NCBI GenBank assembly: GCA_963706585.1
Contig: OY970169.1
Span: 503,086-567,085 of the forward strand
Origin: an uncultured bacterium
GTDB lineage: Bacteria; Babelota; Babeliae; Babelales; Babelaceae
Reading direction: 5' to 3'
Length of the DNA stretch: 64,000 nt
Part shown: positions 59,590 through 64,000 of the stretch, one piece after another
How positions within the stretch are numbered: the stretch's first letter is position 1
How the letters are laid out: every line of letters starts with the position of its first letter
Notes under the pieces: generated by a model
The model's input: the letters and a program-made list of their open reading frames with translations, nothing else
Databases searched by the model: none
Told to the model about the DNA's origin: nothing
Program-made: the position numbers and the translations under genes

Positions 59590-60355
59590 TTAAAAGACAA
59601 AACAGAAGTACCAATAAGCTGCTAAAGATTAAGAGCAATGTTGATAATGCATTCATGACGGGAGTTACCCCTGAACGAATCATACTAAAAATATACAACG
59701 ACAAGGTTTGAGCTTCGCTGCCAGCACAAAAGAAAGAGAGTATGAAGTCATCGAATGAAAGAATGAAAACGAGCAAACCTGCAGCAATGAGAGCCGGTAA
59801 AAGTAAGGGCAACGTTATTTTAAAAAATGTTTGCGTTTTGGTAGCTCCTAAATCGTATGATGCCTCATTTAATCCTTCATCAAGCCCTAAGTACCTTGTA
59901 TAGATTAAGGGGATAACATATCCCAACGCTAACACTGTGTGGGCAACAATAAGTGAAATTAATCCCAGTGGAACGGAAAAAAGAGAGTAGAAGCTTAGCA
60001 AACCAACGGCTAGAACGATTTCGGGAACTATACTATTTGCATAAAACAAAAATAGCAGCTTGTTTACGCGACCACCCATTACTATGTAATAGACTAACCC
60101 AATGCCCATGGCAATGCTCAAAAATGTCGCGCAAGATGCTACAATGAGAGAGTTGTAAAATGCTTGCCATATAGTGGGCGAGCTAAAAAGTTCTGTATAC
60201 CATTTTAACGAAAACCCAGACCACGGCGCAGGAAAAGCAACACTATTAAAGGAAAAAATAACTAAAATAACAATCGGTAAATATAAAAATAGGTAAACAC
60301 AAGCGACAAAGAGTGAAATGCTACTGCTGGTAAATGCTTGCTTTAGTGTTCTCAT
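59567..60355 (-). CDS. potC: Spermidine/putrescine ABC transporter permease
   Basis: 6-TM permease with EAxxDLGA motif (EASYDLGATKTQTF). Confidence 0.8.
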   Translation of the reverse strand: MRTLKQAFTSSSISLFVACVYLFLYLPIVILVIFSFNSVAFPAPWSGFSLKWYTELFSSPTIWQAFYNSLIVASCATFLSIAMGIGLVYYIVMGGRVNKLLFLFYANSIVPEIVLAVGLLSFYSLFSVPLGLISLIVAHTVLALGYVIPLIYTRYLGLDEGLNEASYDLGATKTQTFFKITLPLLLPALIAAGLLVFILSFDDFILSFFCAGSEAQTLSLYIFSMIRSGVTPVMNALSTLLLIFSSLLVLLFCLLNAKTRIF

Positions 60356-61269
60356 GATCGTTTTCTTTTAAAGAAAAATGTTGCTAGATAATATGCCAGT
60401 AATGTAAAAATTACAAGGGCTAATGAGCTGATAACGGTAAAGGCAGCTCCCAATGAAAGAGTAACATTCCCCAAAATATAGTGTGATATGACAGAGCCGA
60501 CAAACATATACTTATCACCACCAAGCAAAGCCGGAATAACAAACTCTCCAAATGATGGCACAAACACGAGAAAAAAGCCAAGCTTAATACCTGACATAGA
60601 TAATGGCAATAATATTCGATACCAAGTTTGAAAGCTACTTGCCCCCAAATCATATGATGCTTCAAGCAATCGTCGATCAAAACGTTCTAGGGTAGAATAA
60701 ATGGGCAGAACCATAAATGGTAAATATGAATAGACCATAACAAGTATTACTACTTTCATAGAGTGAATTATGGCTAATGGTTCCTTAATGATGGACAACG
60801 TAAGCAATAAGCTATTTAAGAAACCATTTCGTTCAAGGACAAAAAACCAAGCATAAATGTGAAGAAGAAAGTTTGTCCAAAAGGGTAAAATTAATAAAAA
60901 AAGAAATATGTTCTTAAACTGGCCTGCTTTAAATGACAAAAAATAGGCAACAGGAAAGCCAATTAAAAAGCATAAAGCACTATTGGTGATTGCTAGAGCA
61001 AGGGATTTCAAGATGATATAGAGATAGGAAAGAGAAAAGAATGGGGTAAAATTTTCAAACGTAATACCCTCCAAAAGTCCATTATCCGATAATTTAATAA
61101 CACTTAACACTATAATAAAAAGCAAAGGCAAATAGAAAAACAGCAATTGCCAAAGAAAAGGCACAACACCAATTAAAAAGGAATTTTCTTCTTGAGCTAC
61201 ATGAGACCAACTTGCTTTAACAAACATGATGCTTATAACTCCAAAATTACGGCGTTTTCTTTTTGCCAA
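60352..61269 (-). CDS. potB: Spermidine/putrescine ABC transporter permease
   Basis: 6-TM permease with EASYDLGASSFQTW. Confidence 0.8.
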   Translation of the reverse strand: MAKRKRRNFGVISIMFVKASWSHVAQEENSFLIGVVPFLWQLLFFYLPLLFIIVLSVIKLSDNGLLEGITFENFTPFFSLSYLYIILKSLALAITNSALCFLIGFPVAYFLSFKAGQFKNIFLFLLILPFWTNFLLHIYAWFFVLERNGFLNSLLLTLSIIKEPLAIIHSMKVVILVMVYSYLPFMVLPIYSTLERFDRRLLEASYDLGASSFQTWYRILLPLSMSGIKLGFFLVFVPSFGEFVIPALLGGDKYMFVGSVISHYILGNVTLSLGAAFTVISSLALVIFTLLAYYLATFFFKRKRS

Positions 61270-62321
61270 TATAAATAAACATGATTGTCATAATCAATTA
61301 CCTGAGTAGGAAAATGTTCATCGTTTTGCTCAAATACCTGAATACGTGCATTGTTCTTTAAAATAACATTGTATTGTGTTGATCTCCCGTGATAGACAAT
61401 AGAATGAACAATTCCCTCAAGAACATTGGAAAAGCCAGGTGTTTCTTTTTTAGTTATGAAAATCTTCTCAGGACGTATGCTCATCCGTAAAAACCTGCCA
61501 GGAATCTTCCATTCTTTTTGCTTAGTTATATAAATTTGAAAAAGACCGAGGGTTGGAATATCTATGAACTCTTTTTCATCAATAACGCTCAATGTACCTT
61601 CTAAAAGATTGGTGGATCCGACAAATTTTGCAACAAAAGAAGAAATGGGAAATTCATAAATTTCTTTAGGTGTTCCTAATTGTTCTATGTTTCCTTGGTT
61701 CATTATTGCCATTTGATCAGCCACGGTTAGTGCTTCAAATTGATCATGCGTAACATAAATGAACGTTGTTTTTAGTTTATACTGTAACTCAATCAATTCT
61801 AAGAGTAATCGCTCACGCAGCTTGAAATCAAGTGCTGCAAGTGGCTCGTCTAGCAATAAAACTTCAGGCTCATTAACGATTGCTCTTGCAAGCGCGACCC
61901 GTTGTTGCTGTCCTCCTGAAAGTTGACCAATTGACTTATAGATTTGATTTTCCAGATGTACTGCTCGTAGTACTTTGATAACCTTGTGCTCAATTACTTC
62001 TTTCGTCATTTTTTTAATAGTCAGGCCATAGGCTATATTCTCGAAAACATTCAAATGAGGAAAAAGAGCATAATTTTGAAAAACAGTGTTAACGCGCCGT
62101 TCATGTATCGGCATAGTAGTAATTTCTTTGTCGCCAATAAAGATCCGACCTTCATCTACCGATTCAAATCCTGCGATAAGCCGTAAAAGCGTAGTTTTAC
62201 CACCCCCACTCGGTCCTAAGAGAGCAAAAAATTGACCCGTTGCAATAGTCAAATTTATACGATTTATAATAAGGTCGCCATTGAATGACTTACTAACATT
62301 TTCAAGTCTAATATTTCTCAT
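61233..62321 (-). CDS. potA: Spermidine/putrescine ABC transporter ATPase
   Basis: Walker A GPSGGGKTT, the LSGGQQQRVALARA signature, Walker B LLLDEP, and a C-terminal TOBE domain. Confidence 0.85.
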   Translation of the reverse strand: MRNIRLENVSKSFNGDLIINRINLTIATGQFFALLGPSGGGKTTLLRLIAGFESVDEGRIFIGDKEITTMPIHERRVNTVFQNYALFPHLNVFENIAYGLTIKKMTKEVIEHKVIKVLRAVHLENQIYKSIGQLSGGQQQRVALARAIVNEPEVLLLDEPLAALDFKLRERLLLELIELQYKLKTTFIYVTHDQFEALTVADQMAIMNQGNIEQLGTPKEIYEFPISSFVAKFVGSTNLLEGTLSVIDEKEFIDIPTLGLFQIYITKQKEWKIPGRFLRMSIRPEKIFITKKETPGFSNVLEGIVHSIVYHGRSTQYNVILKNNARIQVFEQNDEHFPTQVIDYDNHVYLYWQKENAVILEL

Positions 62322-63142
62322 TTCTTTTTCTTAACACCAGCAAAATACATAGGTACAATAACATCTGAAAAAGTGCACGGAATCACAATAGCTATGACTA
62401 AAAAGATAAAAACGATACCCATTTGTGGATACCAATTACTAAAACCATGAGATACCATGTAAAATAATGATGCCAACGAGCTAATTAAAATATGTACAAA
62501 ATGAGATCCTAGCGAGAAGAAGCCAAGCATTTTTGTATTATGCTTTCGTAATACCATGCCATTGAGTAGGCCTGCTGCTAAAAAGGGGATTACATTATGT
62601 AATTCTCTATAAAAGCAAATGTGCAGCTCCATAGCAACTCCCATTATGATGCCAGCAAGATAAGGGAGTACGACATCTGATAACATGCAAAAGAATGCTG
62701 GGGCTAGCGTCCCGACAATAAGGGCCTTTGGAACGCTGTTTGAAAATCGAAAAAAGGTGATGACGGTGCCTGTTGCAGCAAACAAAATATGTAAAAAATG
62801 AAAGCTATGAAAGAGTACATGATACCCTGAACAGCTCATTTGACCATGCTGAACATGGTTTCCTCCTGCATAATCTAAAAGGCTCAGAATAATCATACCT
62901 AGTGCGACCGAGAATATCGCATAAGGTAAATGATGCATGAGTTCTTCTTGCAGAGTGTGTTCATGCTGATGATCTTCAGGACTATCAAACTGATGGGCAT
63001 GACTTGCATCTGAGTTTGCAAGTCCAGTTACTCTTGAATACCCGAACTTGACAGCTATGCCTTCTTGCGGTTTTTCATCTGATCTTTCAGCGAAAGCGAC
63101 AGCGAAGCCAGTAGTTCCATGTGCTGTTTTTTTATTTGCCAT
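62318..63142 (-). CDS. His-rich polytopic membrane protein, translationally coupled to potA
   Basis: HAHQFDSPEDHQHEH and HSFHFLH motifs with several TM helices. Its start overlaps the potA stop. Confidence 0.45.
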   Translation of the reverse strand: MANKKTAHGTTGFAVAFAERSDEKPQEGIAVKFGYSRVTGLANSDASHAHQFDSPEDHQHEHTLQEELMHHLPYAIFSVALGMIILSLLDYAGGNHVQHGQMSCSGYHVLFHSFHFLHILFAATGTVITFFRFSNSVPKALIVGTLAPAFFCMLSDVVLPYLAGIIMGVAMELHICFYRELHNVIPFLAAGLLNGMVLRKHNTKMLGFFSLGSHFVHILISSLASLFYMVSHGFSNWYPQMGIVFIFLVIAIVIPCTFSDVIVPMYFAGVKKKK

Positions 63143-63257
63143 AAGTATCTTTTGCTAGTATTAGTTATTATCTAGTATTACATACGACGCTACTGCCGCC
63201 TATCCCTACTATAAAGCTTTTTTAAGATAAATCAAAAAAAATGTGCTCTTACAGGTA

Positions 63258-63968
63258 CTATTTGGAAGGCGCAGGCTTCCATACTTTATGGTACAGCACA
63301 TAACAAAGCGCGGTTATACCCATGCCTCCAGCAAAATAAGTAGCGAGGTCAAACCATGACGATTCCACTTGCTTATCACTATTTGCTTTGGTTCCTTGCA
63401 AAGGTTGCAGTTTTATATTTGCAAAAGATGGTTTATCTTTTTCGGCAGCCTCGAAAAGCTCGATAAATCTGTCATGCCCGTAAATTTTCGCGATAGCACA
63501 AGGTGTCCGTGCGGGATATTTTGGAGCTATTGTTGTTAAGTATCTATCTGTTAGTTGGTTATTAAGAAAAATAAGAGTTATCTTTTCATCATCAGCGGTA
63601 AATTGCTTTTTTGCAGCAAGTTCATGTAAGCAAGTCCAGCCTGCAAGATCCGCTCTGTTAAGTTCTGCACCCTGCGCGATAAGCAAGTCTACCACATCAG
63701 GTTTGCGTTCACTTACGGCGTATAATAAAGGCCATTGTGCCTTGCTGGGGCTGCCACATGCATCATAGAAATTTTTTGCATCTGCTTTGCCGTTCTGCAG
63801 AAGCTCCAAAACCTTTTCTTCATTATTATCTCTGATTGCTGCTTTAAAGGGCTCATCGGGATCTCGATTAGCACGAGCAGCGTAAGCCTTTGCTATTCTT
63901 ATTGGTTCACTGGCTGGATGCCGCTTGAAAACCCGCCGTTGTTCTTCAGCTATTTGCTGTGCGCTCAT
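63258..63968 (-). CDS. Ankyrin-repeat protein with C-terminal membrane anchor
   Basis: ANK-like repeats (WPLLYAVSERKPDVVDLLIAQGAELN; WTCLHELAAKK) and a C-terminal TM (WFDLATYFAGGMGITALCYVLY). Confidence 0.6.
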   Translation of the reverse strand: MSAQQIAEEQRRVFKRHPASEPIRIAKAYAARANRDPDEPFKAAIRDNNEEKVLELLQNGKADAKNFYDACGSPSKAQWPLLYAVSERKPDVVDLLIAQGAELNRADLAGWTCLHELAAKKQFTADDEKITLIFLNNQLTDRYLTTIAPKYPARTPCAIAKIYGHDRFIELFEAAEKDKPSFANIKLQPLQGTKANSDKQVESSWFDLATYFAGGMGITALCYVLYHKVWKPAPSK

Positions 63969-64000
63969 GGCTGTTAGAAGGTTGATGCTGCTTAAAGCAA

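Overview
The window is AT-rich bacterial chromosome (roughly 35-40% GC by eye) from a Gram-negative organism whose gene content suggests a host-associated, probably intracellular or amoeba-associated, lifestyle. It has three notable components.

1. Ordinary housekeeping genes that look intact: murA (5' end lies outside the window), a solitary atpG, tsaE, rph, metG, topA, rsmG, gatC-gatA, the potABCD operon, mreC, an M3 oligopeptidase, an aldehyde dehydrogenase and a flotillin.

2. A large family of eukaryotic-like proteins with an N-terminal Sec signal peptide, an F-box-like LPxEL motif and, in most members, ankyrin repeats. Six sit in a tandem array directly after murA (1.2-6.1 kb). Further members lie at 25.9, 26.9 (fragment), 29.1, 30.2, 35.4 and 36.8 kb, plus an ankyrin-only gene at 63.3 kb. 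They look like candidate host-ubiquitin-system effectors.

3. A tRNA cluster (Tyr, Gly, Thr, Thr, Trp) followed by the universally conserved block rpmG-secE-nusG-rplKAJL-rpoB-rpoC-tRNA-Val-rpsO-pnp (9.6-23 kb). Every large gene in this block is broken into many short ORFs by indels, while residue-level conservation stays very high. Long genes elsewhere in the window are intact. The block is therefore either a decaying redundant copy or a localised consensus or assembly problem.

Other points: rpoB carries an approximately 180-bp cysteine-rich insertion near its 5' end and a compensated double frameshift that rewrites the rifampicin-resistance cluster I. The 34.3-40.3 kb interval holds an intact MazF/antitoxin pair with a duplicated [antitoxin remnant - F-box/ANK gene - DUF488 gene] module bounded by related repeats. 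There is an orphan AbrB/MazE-type antitoxin at the end of potD, an approximately 80-bp tandem duplicate of the topA 3' coding end, and several small secreted low-complexity basic proteins. I found no rRNA, CRISPR array or recognisable transposase.
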